Shown piece after piece: positions 10,307 to 20,101 of a stretch of DNA of 64,000 nucleotides. The notes below the pieces were generated by a model that ran no database searches, was not told the DNA's origin, and worked only from the letters and a program-made list of their open reading frames with translations. The stretch is from NCBI GenBank assembly GCA_963713825.1, contig CAVQNG010000025.1, positions 480,001-544,000 of the forward strand. The letters are read 5' to 3'. Both the position numbers and the translations under genes were made by a program. Every line of letters begins with the position of its first letter. Positions within the stretch are counted from its first letter, which is position 1. The stretch is from an uncultured Acidobacteriota bacterium (lineage in GTDB: Bacteria; Acidobacteriota; Thermoanaerobaculia; Multivoradales; JAHEKO01).

Positions 10307-10466
10307 GAGACGAATCGTCCTTTCGTTGCCCCATTCTAGGGTGTCGTTCAGGGGCTCGCCAGCGGAGGAGAGGACCTGGTACCACCTGCCATCGGCAGGG
10401 GGGGGCCTTTCGCCCGAGGATGGTGAGCCTCGTCCGAACAGGATCCAGCATGCTCGGCTCGATAGC

Positions 10467-10540
10467 GTGAAGGCACCGTTACAGTCCTGTGACACTCGAG
10501 AGTGGTATTCCGCCGGCTCTGTCGCAGAAATGCCACAGCC
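10467..10540. promoter_or_regulatory. Divergent Pho boxes for phoU (minus) and the porin (plus)
   Basis: Minus strand GTGTCACAGGA CTGTAACGGTG CCTTCAC (10495-10467); plus strand CTGTCGCAGAA ATGCCACAGCC (10519-10540). Confidence 0.65.
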
Positions 10541-10681
10541 TCGACGCACTGCTGATGCATCGGGTTCCTACACTGCCTCCCGCGGCCGTTCTGGCTGGAT
10601 GGTAGGACGGCCCGAATTTCGAGCCAGATTGATTTCGACGATCACGCAAGAGTCATGAACACTCAAGGAGGAGAACGACCC

Positions 10682-11899
10682 ATGTACAGACGTTTTCTAT
10701 TTGTCCTCTTGGTGTCCTGCGCTACGGTGGGGGGCCTGACCCCTGCGGCCGATGCCGGCATCGTGGTCTACGAGGACGGAGACAAGTTCATCGAGATTGG
10801 CGCCCGAATTCAGTTGCAGTATCTGTATTTCAGCGAAGATCCGAGATTGGGTGAAGGGGACTCACAGGACACGATCTTCTTCCGACGTTTGCGGCCTTAC
10901 ATCGCGGGCTCGGTCACGAAGAACTGGTTGGGCAAGCTCCAGTTCGACATGGGCAAGTCTCTCGATCAGGACGAGCTGGCGGTCAAGGATGCGTACATGC
11001 AGTACACGGGCTGGAAGAATCACAAAATCTTCATCGGTAACTCGAAGGCCGTGTTCTCTCGGGAGTTCCTGACGTCCTCGAAGCGCCAGCAGACCGTCGA
11101 GCGGTGGTTTGTCGGTCAGCACAATTTCGGCAGCCCCGATCGGATGCTCGGCTTTCGGCTCGATGGCAACACCGACAACAAGAGATTCGAGTACAAGCTC
11201 AACATCGGCGGACAGAGCTTCGATCCCGATAACAAGCGAATGGATTTCGATACCCCCGTCAACGACGCGGGTGACTTCACTCTGGGGTGGGTCGGTGCGG
11301 GGCGAGTGACCTACTATCCGAAGGAGCCGATCAAGCGAGACCAGGGTGACTTCCAGCGAGGGTCGTTCAACTACGCTGTCGAGGCGGCGGCGTTCTACTG
11401 GACGAGCAACGACAACGATTTGAAGTACATCGACGAGGCAGACGGCACCACGGTCTGCACCAACGAGAAGAAGTGCGATCTGGACACCGCCACGGGCTGG
11501 GAGCTCAGCGGCGGCCTTCGCGGTCACGGATTGTCCGTGGATCTGGAGTACAACCAGGTGGCCGGCGAGATGCTGGCCAAACACTTCGTTGACGACGATG
11601 GAAGCCTGATACCCCTCGACAGTGGCATGTACGTCAACGGCGAGACCACGATCACGAAGTGGCAGCTCGAGGGTGGCTATATGCTGGCCAATATTCCCCT
11701 CGAGTTCGTCTACAAGCGCGACAGTATGGATGCGGACGGCTACGAGAAGGAGTGGTATGCGAATGATCTCGGTGTCAACTACTTCTTCAATCAGCACAAG
11801 GCCAAGGTTCAGCTCCTCTATCGTATGGAGTCGAATGTGAACGGCGCCGATGGCGACGACCGCAACCAGCTCGTCATGCAGTGGCAGTTCGTCTTCTAG
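10682..11899 (+). CDS. Phosphate-selective porin (OprO/OprP family)
   Basis: Signal peptide, ARIQLQY, FFRRLR, VKDAY motifs, C-terminal QFVF beta-barrel signal; pho context. Confidence 0.85.
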   Translation: MYRRFLFVLLVSCATVGGLTPAADAGIVVYEDGDKFIEIGARIQLQYLYFSEDPRLGEGDSQDTIFFRRLRPYIAGSVTKNWLGKLQFDMGKSLDQDELAVKDAYMQYTGWKNHKIFIGNSKAVFSREFLTSSKRQQTVERWFVGQHNFGSPDRMLGFRLDGNTDNKRFEYKLNIGGQSFDPDNKRMDFDTPVNDAGDFTLGWVGAGRVTYYPKEPIKRDQGDFQRGSFNYAVEAAAFYWTSNDNDLKYIDEADGTTVCTNEKKCDLDTATGWELSGGLRGHGLSVDLEYNQVAGEMLAKHFVDDDGSLIPLDSGMYVNGETTITKWQLEGGYMLANIPLEFVYKRDSMDADGYEKEWYANDLGVNYFFNQHKAKVQLLYRMESNVNGADGDDRNQLVMQWQFVF

Positions 11900-11933
11900 G
11901 CTCCGATCGAGCCGCTTCGGAATCCGTTTTCCC

Positions 11934-11962
11934 GAGGCCGGCGACAAACCGTCGCCGGCCTC
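11934..11962 (+). terminator. GC hairpin after the porin
   Basis: GAGGCCGGCGAC-AAACC-GTCGCCGGCCTC perfect 12-bp stem. Confidence 0.6.
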
Positions 11963-12140
11963 ACTGTTCATTCGAGACAGTCCTCCAAGCGCGGCGGGTT
12001 CGGTCCGATCCGGTGGCGGATGCCGGATTGTCTCGAGCCATCCGGAAGGGGTGCTTGGGGAATCCTTGGATCTGATAATTTGGCGGAACTCGGATTCACG
12101 ATTCCAATGGAGTTGCCTACGAACAGAAAGAGTGTCGACT

Positions 12141-13136
12141 ATGACTGAGAGAACCATGCCCAAAACGGTTGCGGTCTGGCTCCTATTGGGGTTTCTGGTG
12201 GGGGTCTCGGGCTTCGCCGCGGATGCGGCAGACCAGGGACTGGATCCCCTTGTGGCAGAGGTTGTCGAGATGCTCGATGCAGGGGTCTCGGACGGCTTGA
12301 TCCTGCAATGGCTGGAATCGACTGGCCGTCGGCCCGTGGATATCGGCAGTGAGGGGCTCATCGCGCTGACCGAGGCTCAGGCCTCCGAGTCGTTGATGTC
12401 CCGGTTGTTGGAGCTCGTGGGGGAGGAGCGCCCTGGGGCCACGATGGCGCCGCCAGCTGCCACCCAGACGGGACCTACGCTCCGGGAGGTGTCCTCTGCG
12501 GAGGCAGCCGATGGTTCGCTGGAAGTTATCATCCGGCTCAGTGGAAAGAGGATGTGGGTCGAAGAGGACGAGCCCGACTCGCCCCGCGACGAGAGATGGA
12601 ATGTCTTCCTCTACCTGGATGGAGATCTCGTGGCGTGGACGAGACCCGACCAGCAGGGTGAGGCGGTCGAGGCGCGCCGGGTGATCCGGGCGGGGAGTCG
12701 GGAGATGCGGGTCATTCTGCAGCGCTACGAGAAGGTGCGGGGTGGCTGGACCTACGAGTCTTTGGCGGTCCCGACTCTGGTCGCTTTCGATGCCCAGGTC
12801 GGAGACCCGCTCGAGATCGAGGTGGACTTGAAGCGGAGCTGGGGCCTGTGGCGGGACCGTAACGACGGCGGTCCGCTTTCCTATGTCATTCGACAAGGTG
12901 TGAGGGTCCTCGGCGAGAGCGACGGGGCGGGTGGAAATCCCGTTGGTTGGCAGCCGGTTTGCGAGGACGTCGAGGCGAACTTCCCCGAGTCCCAGGGAGT
13001 TCCGAGGGCCTACCGCAGCTCCATGAGTCGCTGCGTGCGCTGGGCGGATCTGTGGAACGGCCCGGGCCAGAACACGTCACGCACGGAGATCCTAGAGGAC
13101 CTCGCGGAGTACGACTTCGAGCCGCCGGTTCGATAG
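12141..13136 (+). CDS. Hypothetical secreted protein
   Basis: Signal peptide (MPKTVAVWLLLG...AADA); open frame filling the gap between genes. Confidence 0.75.
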   Translation: MTERTMPKTVAVWLLLGFLVGVSGFAADAADQGLDPLVAEVVEMLDAGVSDGLILQWLESTGRRPVDIGSEGLIALTEAQASESLMSRLLELVGEERPGATMAPPAATQTGPTLREVSSAEAADGSLEVIIRLSGKRMWVEEDEPDSPRDERWNVFLYLDGDLVAWTRPDQQGEAVEARRVIRAGSREMRVILQRYEKVRGGWTYESLAVPTLVAFDAQVGDPLEIEVDLKRSWGLWRDRNDGGPLSYVIRQGVRVLGESDGAGGNPVGWQPVCEDVEANFPESQGVPRAYRSSMSRCVRWADLWNGPGQNTSRTEILEDLAEYDFEPPVR

Positions 13137-13159
13137 CCCGAGCCGACCAGTTGACGGCT

Positions 13160-14920
13160 CTAGGAATGGCGCACCGGTAGGAAGATCCGAAACGTCGATC
13201 CCTCGCCGAGGCGACTCTCCACTTCGACTCTGCCGCCGTGAATCTGAGCCACGTGTTTGACGATGGCCAGACCGAGGCCGGTTCCACCCTCGTCCCGACT
13301 GCGACCTTTGTCGACTCGGTAGAAACGCTCGAAGACACGATCGATGGAGGCGGCGGGGATGCCGATCCCGGTGTCGTGCACCTGGATGACGACCCGGTCG
13401 GGCTCGGGCTTCAGTTGCACGGTGACCTGGCCTCCTTTGCGGTTGTATTTGATGGCGTTGTCCAGGAGGTTGATGAACAGTCGCTGCAGGGCTTCGGCGT
13501 CGCCAGACAGTGTTGGAATCGGCGACTCTTCGACCTCCAGATGGATTTGCTTCTCGGCGATCTGAGGGGCCAGGGTTTCGAGACAGTCATCGAGAATGCG
13601 CTCGAGGTCGACGGTCCGTCTCTCGAGATGACCTTCGAGATTCTCCAATCTGGACAGCGTCAGCAGGTCTTCGAGTAGCGTCTGGAGTCTGGAGCACTGT
13701 TGCAGGATCCGGCCCAGGAATCGGGACGAGGCCTCGGGCTCCTGCATCGCGCCATCCCGCAGTGTCTCCGTATACCCGCGGATTGCGGACAGGGGTGTCT
13801 TGAGCTCGTGGGAGATATTGGCGATGAAGTCCCGGCGGACCTGGGTGAGCCGAATCACATCGGTGATGTCGCGGGCCACGACGACAGCACCCAGGCCTTC
13901 ACCGAGCGGCGTGCTGGCCAGCGCCACGTGCCGACTCGGCTGAGCCTGAACCTCGATCTCCGCAGTGCTGCCCAGGCCGCTGACCAGTGTTGAAACGATG
14001 AGGTCTTCGAGCTCGGTCTGACGGGTCAGCTCCAGCGGAGAGCGACCGGCTGTCTCCCCGCGGACCTCGAAGATGCGCTCGAAAGCCCGGTTGGCGAGCC
14101 AGACGAATCCTTCCGAGTCGGTCACCAGCACCCCCTCGCCCATGCTGGCGACGACGGCCCTGAGGTGGGCACGCTCGGTTGCGAGATCATCGATTCGAGT
14201 CTCGGCCTCCTCGGCGACACGATTGAGGAACTTGCCGATGCGAGCCAGCTCCGGATCGGACGGCAGCGCGACGCGGTGACCGAAGTCCCCTCGTTCCATC
14301 CTCTCGGCACCGGCGACCAGATCGGGCAGGGCTTTCGAGATGCGCCACTCCAGCCACCAGAGGAGCCCGCTCATTGCCAGAAGGGCGGCGAGGGACGCCG
14401 CGACGAGGACCCAGCCCAGGCTTCGACGGAGCATCTGCAGGCCGGCCAACGGCTGGGCCAATCGCAGCACGAACCTCCCCTCCGCCGAGGCTACGACCCG
14501 AGCGGCATAGACGTATTGCAGGCCTGTCGTGGCACTGCGCCGAACCGACGAGCCCTGACCGCTACCGAGAGCGGCGCTGATCTCGGGTCGCCCGGCGTGG
14601 TTGTCCATGCGTTCGACCTGCTCCCACGAGCGTGAGCTGTCCGCGACGACGAGCCCGTCGGACCGGATTACGGTCATGCGCACCTCGGCGCCGCGGGTGA
14701 GCTCGTGAACCAGGTCCTGGAGCTCTCTCGGCCGCATGGACAGGCGGCCGGTGAGCGAGTCGGCGACGATGGGGAGGGTATTGAGCAGCTGGCGTGCGGC
14801 GCTTTGCCGCTGGAGATTGCTCAGTAGAATCCAGAGGATCCCCGTTGATACCAGCAAGGCCGCGAAGGCCGGCAGGGCGAGGGCGAGGCGCAGCCGGTTG
14901 GAGAAGAAGGAGCGACGCAT
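13160..14920 (-). CDS. phoR: Phosphate regulon sensor kinase PhoR
   Basis: TM-sensor-TM-HAMP-PAS; DFIANISHELKTPL, NAIKYN, FERFYRVDKGRSR, GTGLGLAIVKH. Confidence 0.93.
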   Translation of the reverse strand: MRRSFFSNRLRLALALPAFAALLVSTGILWILLSNLQRQSAARQLLNTLPIVADSLTGRLSMRPRELQDLVHELTRGAEVRMTVIRSDGLVVADSSRSWEQVERMDNHAGRPEISAALGSGQGSSVRRSATTGLQYVYAARVVASAEGRFVLRLAQPLAGLQMLRRSLGWVLVAASLAALLAMSGLLWWLEWRISKALPDLVAGAERMERGDFGHRVALPSDPELARIGKFLNRVAEEAETRIDDLATERAHLRAVVASMGEGVLVTDSEGFVWLANRAFERIFEVRGETAGRSPLELTRQTELEDLIVSTLVSGLGSTAEIEVQAQPSRHVALASTPLGEGLGAVVVARDITDVIRLTQVRRDFIANISHELKTPLSAIRGYTETLRDGAMQEPEASSRFLGRILQQCSRLQTLLEDLLTLSRLENLEGHLERRTVDLERILDDCLETLAPQIAEKQIHLEVEESPIPTLSGDAEALQRLFINLLDNAIKYNRKGGQVTVQLKPEPDRVVIQVHDTGIGIPAASIDRVFERFYRVDKGRSRDEGGTGLGLAIVKHVAQIHGGRVEVESRLGEGSTFRIFLPVRHS

Positions 14921-14926
14921 CGAGAG

Positions 14927-15610
14927 TCACTCGCGCAGGCGGTAACCCACGCCGACCACTGTCTCGATTCGGTCGGCCTCTGAACCCAGCTTCCGCCGGA
15001 GACGTCGGATGTGGGTGTCTACCGTACGGCTATCGACGTCTTCGGAGTATCGCCAGACGTCGGTGAGGAGGCTTTCACGGGTCTGCACGCGATTGCGTCG
15101 CTCCAGGAGGATGGTGAGCAGCCGGAACTCGGTGGCGGTCAGTGGAATCTCCTCTCCGTCCAGGAACAATCGGTGACCTGCCACGTCGAGTCGAATCGCG
15201 CCTACCTCCAGCAGCTCTGCCGATTCTTCGACACCCTTGCCGCGCCGCAGGACCGCTTTGACCCTCAGCACGACCTCGCGAGGGCTGAAGGGCTTGGTGA
15301 TGTAATCGTCGGCGCCGAGCTCCAGGCCGACAATGCGGTCGACCTCTTCGCCCTTGGCGGTGAGCATGAGCAGCGGAATCTGATCGGTTCTGGCATCTCG
15401 CCTCAGAATACGGGTCAGCTCCAGGCCATCCAGACCGGGCAGCATCAGATCCAGGATCACGAGATCGGGTGGCTTCTTCCGGATGGCCTCCAGTGCCGTG
15501 TCGCCACGAGACTCGATGTCGACGATATAGCCCTCCTTGACGAGGTTGTATTCCAGAACTTCCGCAATGGCGGGCTCGTCCTCGACGATGAGAATTCGAT
15601 TCTCGGCCAT
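14927..15610 (-). CDS. phoB: OmpR-family response regulator PhoB
   Basis: Receiver (EDE, LDLMLPG, KPF) plus winged helix (RTVDTHIRRLRRKL, GVGY); adjacent to phoR. Confidence 0.92.
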   Translation of the reverse strand: MAENRILIVEDEPAIAEVLEYNLVKEGYIVDIESRGDTALEAIRKKPPDLVILDLMLPGLDGLELTRILRRDARTDQIPLLMLTAKGEEVDRIVGLELGADDYITKPFSPREVVLRVKAVLRRGKGVEESAELLEVGAIRLDVAGHRLFLDGEEIPLTATEFRLLTILLERRNRVQTRESLLTDVWRYSEDVDSRTVDTHIRRLRRKLGSEADRIETVVGVGYRLRE

Positions 15611-15633
15611 GGGTCAGAAGATTAGCACGCGAT

Positions 15634-15885
15634 TTCTCCACAAGGTGCGTGGAAAAGTCTGTGGAAGACGCGGTGGAAAACCGGCTGAAGACTGAGATTG
15701 CGGCCGCCCCGTTGCTGATTGAACAGAGAATTGTGCAGTTCTTGTAAGTTCCTTTAAAGCAATGGTTTAGAAGGTTTCGCTCAAATCACGACCGGGGTGT
15801 CGATCAGCGCTGTGACCCTTTTCCACAGCAGCTCTTGTGGAAACCTGACTTGAAGCTCTTAAGTCGTTGCCTGTCAAATAGTTAC
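15634..15885. promoter_or_regulatory. DnaA-box cluster with IHF-like sites (module 1)
   Basis: TTCTCCACA 15634; reverse boxes at 15648, 15660, 15672; TTTTCCACA 15819; TGTGGAAAC 15836; AT-rich TAAGTTCCTTT and TAAGTCGTTG segments. Confidence 0.6.
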
Positions 15886-15920
15886 CGACGATCAGCAAGA
15901 GCCGTAGCGAGTCGCTTCTC

Positions 15921-15942
15921 TTGTCACCAAACCGTCACATCG
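15921..15942 (+). promoter_or_regulatory. Pho-box-like repeat upstream of gcvT
   Basis: TTGTCACCAAA CCGTCACATCG; TATAGT -10-like element near 15980. Confidence 0.5.
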
Positions 15943-16037
15943 GGGTGAGCGGACGGTGCCGACCTGTGAATCCTGCTGGTATAGTTCCGGTGGCTGTCAA
16001 CCGACCTCTCCAACTCCTTCTCAGCGAGCCTGAAACC

Positions 16038-17141
16038 ATGTCAGAGAACCCTCCCGTTCGTCGCACTCCGCTCTATGAAGCTCACTTGGCGGCCGGTAGC
16101 AAGTTGGTCGAGTTTGCCGGTTGGGAAATGCCCGTTCAATACTCTGGAGTCCTACAAGAACACCGCGCTGTACGCACGGCAGCGGGGATTTTCGATGTCT
16201 CGCACATGGGTGAGTTCCGGGTCGCTGGCGAGGGTGCAGAGGCTTTCCTGCAGAGAATGACTCCCAATGATGTCGCCAAATTGCAGCCGGGCCGCATCCA
16301 TTACAGTGGCCTGCTGACAGAGGAGGGCACCTACGTCGACGATCTGCTGATCTACCGCCTGGCGCCCGACGAGTTTCTTCTCGTGGTTAACGCTGCAAAT
16401 GCAGACAAGGACCTGGCCTGGCTTCAGAAGCACATCGACACCGGAGTCATTCTGAAAGATGTCTCGTCGGACTATGGTCTGATCGCTCTGCAAGGACCGA
16501 AGGCCGAATCGATACTCTCGGGGCTCACGGACACGGAGTTGTCGGGCATTCGGTACTACGCTTTCGAGCCGGGTGAGGTCGCCGGTCAATCAGCGATCAT
16601 TTCGCGCACCGGCTACACCGGCGAGGACGGGTTCGAGCTCTATCTGGCGCCCGAAGACACGCCGCCTGTCTGGGATCGCCTGCTGGAAGTGGGGCGGCCG
16701 GAAGGCCTGGTACCAACTGGCCTGGGAGCTCGCGACACCTTGCGGATGGAGGCGGCGATGGCGCTGTACGGCCACGAGATCGACGACACCATCACGCCCC
16801 TCGAAGCGGGTCTGCAGTGGGTTGTCAAGCTCGAAGCGGCCGACTTCATCGGTCGCCAGGTTCTGGTCGCGATGAAGGAGGCGGGTCTCGCTCGGAAGCT
16901 GGTCGGCTTCAATGTCGAGGGGCGTGGAATCGCTCGCCAGGGACACAAGGTCGTGGCCGATGGCGAGGAGGTCGGCTTCGTGACGAGCGGTACCTTCAGT
17001 CCGACTCTCGAGAAGGCTCTCGGGATGGCTTACGTACCAGTCTCGATGGCTACCGCAGGGACACCCTTGAGCTTGAATGTTCGAGGCAAGTTGATTCCCG
17101 CCGTGGTCGTCGATCTGCCCTTCTACAAGCGGGCGAAGTGA
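16038..17141 (+). CDS. gcvT: Glycine cleavage aminomethyltransferase GcvT
   Basis: [43 protein letters not shown]. Confidence 0.96.
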   Translation: MSENPPVRRTPLYEAHLAAGSKLVEFAGWEMPVQYSGVLQEHRAVRTAAGIFDVSHMGEFRVAGEGAEAFLQRMTPNDVAKLQPGRIHYSGLLTEEGTYVDDLLIYRLAPDEFLLVVNAANADKDLAWLQKHIDTGVILKDVSSDYGLIALQGPKAESILSGLTDTELSGIRYYAFEPGEVAGQSAIISRTGYTGEDGFELYLAPEDTPPVWDRLLEVGRPEGLVPTGLGARDTLRMEAAMALYGHEIDDTITPLEAGLQWVVKLEAADFIGRQVLVAMKEAGLARKLVGFNVEGRGIARQGHKVVADGEEVGFVTSGTFSPTLEKALGMAYVPVSMATAGTPLSLNVRGKLIPAVVVDLPFYKRAK

Positions 17142-17279
17142 GGGAGCTCCGGCGCCGATCCATGCTGCGGAAGACCTGCGAATTGGCGAACCAGAAGAGA
17201 TAAGCTATCGATCGAGAACGACACTTTGCCCGACGGCCACGGGTAGGCGCCGAGGGCGGATGAGATAGGGAGGAAGCAG

Positions 17280-17663
17280 ATGTATCCGGAAAGTCTTCGT
17301 TACTCGAAGGACCATGAGTGGGTGAGCGTCGAGGGCGATATCTGCATCGTCGGCATCACCCACTACGCGCAGGACGAGTTGGGCGAGGTGGTTTTCGTGG
17401 AAGTGCCGGAGCCGGGCCAGGAGTTCGATGCCCACGACGAGATCGGCACCATCGAGTCGGTGAAGGCCGTGGCCGAGGTCTTCACGCCGGTCACTGGAGA
17501 GATCGTGGAGGCCAACGAAGCTCTGGCAGAAACGCCGGAGCTCATCAACAAGGACCCACATGGAGAGGGTTGGTTGGTGAAGATTCGTTTCAGCTCACAG
17601 GGCGACCTGGAAGAGTTGATGGACTCGGCGGCCTACGAGAAGTTCCTGGAAGACGGTGAGTAG
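17280..17663 (+). CDS. gcvH: Glycine cleavage H protein
   Basis: YSKDHEWV and IESVKA lipoyl-lysine motif; GGAGG RBS. Confidence 0.96.
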   Translation: MYPESLRYSKDHEWVSVEGDICIVGITHYAQDELGEVVFVEVPEPGQEFDAHDEIGTIESVKAVAEVFTPVTGEIVEANEALAETPELINKDPHGEGWLVKIRFSSQGDLEELMDSAAYEKFLEDGE

Positions 17664-17669
17664 AGCGGT

Positions 17670-18050
17670 TTGGAGCTTGTCCTCCTCGCATTCTTCTTCC
17701 TCTGCTGGCTAGCGGCACTGGCCTCGTTTGTCGGACTGCTGCCGATTGCCGGCCTGCTCGACCTGGGGCTGTACCAGTACTACGGGTTGGCCGCCTTTCT
17801 TGGCTGGCTAGCTGGCAATGTCTACCTCAAACGCGCGCAGCGAGTTCCGAAGCCTCTCAGGCTGCGTTTGATGCTGGTGTACCTATTGGGAACTCCGGGC
17901 CTGCTCTATCTGACTAGAGCCCTGGCCTCGCTACCTTCCCAATCGTTTGCACCCCTGGCGCCTCTCTACGCCAGCGGAGTCTTCGCCATCTTCTTTCTGG
18001 TACCCGTGACTCTCAAGGGCAGCTTCGGGCAGCGTGATTCGAGGTCCTAG
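17670..18050 (+). CDS. Hypothetical membrane protein (about 4 TM)
   Basis: Hydrophobic 126-aa ORF directly after gcvH. Confidence 0.7.
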   Translation: MELVLLAFFFLCWLAALASFVGLLPIAGLLDLGLYQYYGLAAFLGWLAGNVYLKRAQRVPKPLRLRLMLVYLLGTPGLLYLTRALASLPSQSFAPLAPLYASGVFAIFFLVPVTLKGSFGQRDSRS

Positions 18051-18062
18051 GGCTGGGTTGCC

Positions 18063-19091
18063 CTATCCTGGCGGCTCGACCAGCATCGCATCCCCATACG
18101 AGAAGAACCGGTAGCGACGCTCGATCGCCTCCTGGTAAGCCTCGAGAACGCTCTCTTTGCCGGCGAAGGCAGCGACCAGCATCAGCAGGGTGGAGCGCGG
18201 CAAGTGAAAGTTGGTCAGGAGAAGGTCGACAGCCTGGAATGGAAAGCCTGGCGTGATGAACAGATCGGTGCTGCCCTCACTTTCCACGATCGAGCCCTCG
18301 AATTGTCGCGCCACCGTCTCCAGAGTGCGAACCGAGGTGGTGCCGACGGCGATGATGCGCCCGCCCTGCCGCTTGGCTTCGCTGATGGCGGCCGCCGTTT
18401 CGGCTGGGACTCGGTAGGTCTCGGATTCCATCTTGTGCTCGTGCACGAGATCGGCAGTGACTGGCTTGAAAGTCCCGATCCCGACGTGCAGCGTCAGCTC
18501 GGCAAGCCCAATGCCAGCCTCGCGGAGGCTGGTCAGGAGCTCCTCGTTGAAATGAAGGCCGGCAGTCGGAGCAGCGATGGCGCCGAGAAACCTGGCGAAG
18601 ACAGTCTGGTACCTGGTCCGATCCTCGGGCTGGTCGTCGCGCTTGATGTAGGGGGGCAGCGGGACATGCCCGAGACGCTCCAGGTGAGGTTCAATCGGCT
18701 CGGAGAACTGGACCCGATAGCGTCCGTCGTCCGACTTTTCTCGAATCTCGACACCCAGGCCATCGGCAAGAAGCAGACGCGTGCCTCGGCGGACTCGACG
18801 GCCAGGTTTCAGCAGCGCGGTCCAGTGAGTCTCGGTCAGCCGTTCGACGAGCAGCAGCTCGACCTGACCTCCGGTAGCCTCGCGCCAGGCATGGAGACGG
18901 GCTGGCATTACCTTGGTGTTGTTGACCACGAGCAGATCGCCGGCGGTCAGCAGTCGAGGTAGGTCCGTGACCTGAAGGTGTTGGCGGGTGCCGTCGCGAG
19001 CGAGGTACAGGAGACGACTCTCACCACGCGGGGCGGCTTGCTGAGCAATGAGCTCGGTTGGTAGACGATAGTCGAATTCCGAGGTCAGCAT
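18063..19091 (-). CDS. queA: SAM:tRNA ribosyltransferase-isomerase QueA
   Basis: FDYRLP-ELIAQ, PLPPYIKR, YQTVFA, AAPTAGLHF, TNFHLPRSTL, FFSYGDAM. Confidence 0.96.
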   Translation of the reverse strand: MLTSEFDYRLPTELIAQQAAPRGESRLLYLARDGTRQHLQVTDLPRLLTAGDLLVVNNTKVMPARLHAWREATGGQVELLLVERLTETHWTALLKPGRRVRRGTRLLLADGLGVEIREKSDDGRYRVQFSEPIEPHLERLGHVPLPPYIKRDDQPEDRTRYQTVFARFLGAIAAPTAGLHFNEELLTSLREAGIGLAELTLHVGIGTFKPVTADLVHEHKMESETYRVPAETAAAISEAKRQGGRIIAVGTTSVRTLETVARQFEGSIVESEGSTDLFITPGFPFQAVDLLLTNFHLPRSTLLMLVAAFAGKESVLEAYQEAIERRYRFFSYGDAMLVEPPG

Positions 19092-20101
19092 GGCAACCCC
19101 TCTTCGGTATGGGGATCGAGGCTGTCCCGGAGTCCATCTCCGAGTAGGTTGAAGGCCACCACGGCCAGGCAGATGGCGATCCCCGGAAAAGCGGCGACCC
19201 ACCAGGCGGTGGTCAGTGCCGAGGCCCCATCGGCCACCATGTTGCCCCAACTGGGAATCGGCGGTTGCACTCCGAAGCCCAGGAAGGAAAGGGCCGCTTC
19301 GATGAGGATCAGGTCGCCGATTCGCAGCGTCGTGTCGATGAGCACGGGTGGCAGAGCGTTGGGCAACAGGTGCCGCCAGAAGATGCGGATTGGATGCAGA
19401 CCGACCCCCCTGGCTGCAACCACGAAGTCGCGCTCGCGAAGGCTCAGGATCTCGGCCCGGACCAGTCGACTGGCGGCCATCCAGCTGGTGCTTCCCAGCA
19501 CGAGAATCACCGCCAGCAGGTCGATCTCGAACATCGCCGTGATGGCCAGTACCAGAAAGAGGCGAGGGAACATCAAGAGTCCATCGACGAAGCGCATGAG
19601 GAGCCCGTCGATCCATCCACCGGCAAGTGCTGCCGCGCCTCCCACGGCGATGCCCAGAGTCAGGGAGAGCCCCGCGGCGAGCAGGCCGATCAGGAGCGAG
19701 ACGCGGGCTCCGTAGAGAATTCTCGACCAGATGTCGCGGCCGTACTTATCAGTACCGAGTAAGAAGATCCGGCGGCGCGAGACGTTGTCCTCCGACACAC
19801 TGGCGAATCGATCCAGTGGCAGCGTCTCGCTCTGTCCGAGTCGCCGCACGACCACTCCGGTTTCTGTGACCTCGGCGCTTTCCGCCAGGAGCCACCCACC
19901 GTCCTGAAGAGGAAGGGCCACACGGCTGCTGAACGGAGGCAGGAATCTGCCTGCGACCGGATCCATCTGCTCGTAGGGGGCCTGCGGTGCGAAGATCGGA
20001 GCACCGATGGCGAGAGCACTCAATGCTGCGGCGATCAACAGGCCTAGCCGACTCAAAGGCGATCGAGGTAGGCGGATCCTGTGGGTGCGGTCGGCGATCA
20101 T
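19085..20101 (-). CDS. Peptide ABC transporter permease (OppC/DppC-like)
   Basis: LGTDKYGRD, HLLPN, EAALSFLGFG, LLGDGLRD. Confidence 0.92.
   Translation of the reverse strand: MIADRTHRIRLPRSPLSRLGLLIAAALSALAIGAPIFAPQAPYEQMDPVAGRFLPPFSSRVALPLQDGGWLLAESAEVTETGVVVRRLGQSETLPLDRFASVSEDNVSRRRIFLLGTDKYGRDIWSRILYGARVSLLIGLLAAGLSLTLGIAVGGAAALAGGWIDGLLMRFVDGLLMFPRLFLVLAITAMFEIDLLAVILVLGSTSWMAASRLVRAEILSLRERDFVVAARGVGLHPIRIFWRHLLPNALPPVLIDTTLRIGDLILIEAALSFLGFGVQPPIPSWGNMVADGASALTTAWWVAAFPGIAICLAVVAFNLLGDGLRDSLDPHTEEGLPC

Noticed and set aside
15634-15885. Chromosomal oriC
   Set aside because: No dnaA, dnaN, gidA or parAB nearby, no clear DUE repeats, and a second equivalent module exists at 59.5 kb. 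It cannot be fully excluded without GC-skew data.
15890-16037. Glycine riboswitch upstream of gcvT (also checked 17142-17279)
   Set aside because: The conserved GGAGA...CCGAAG...CTCTCAGG aptamer elements were not found.
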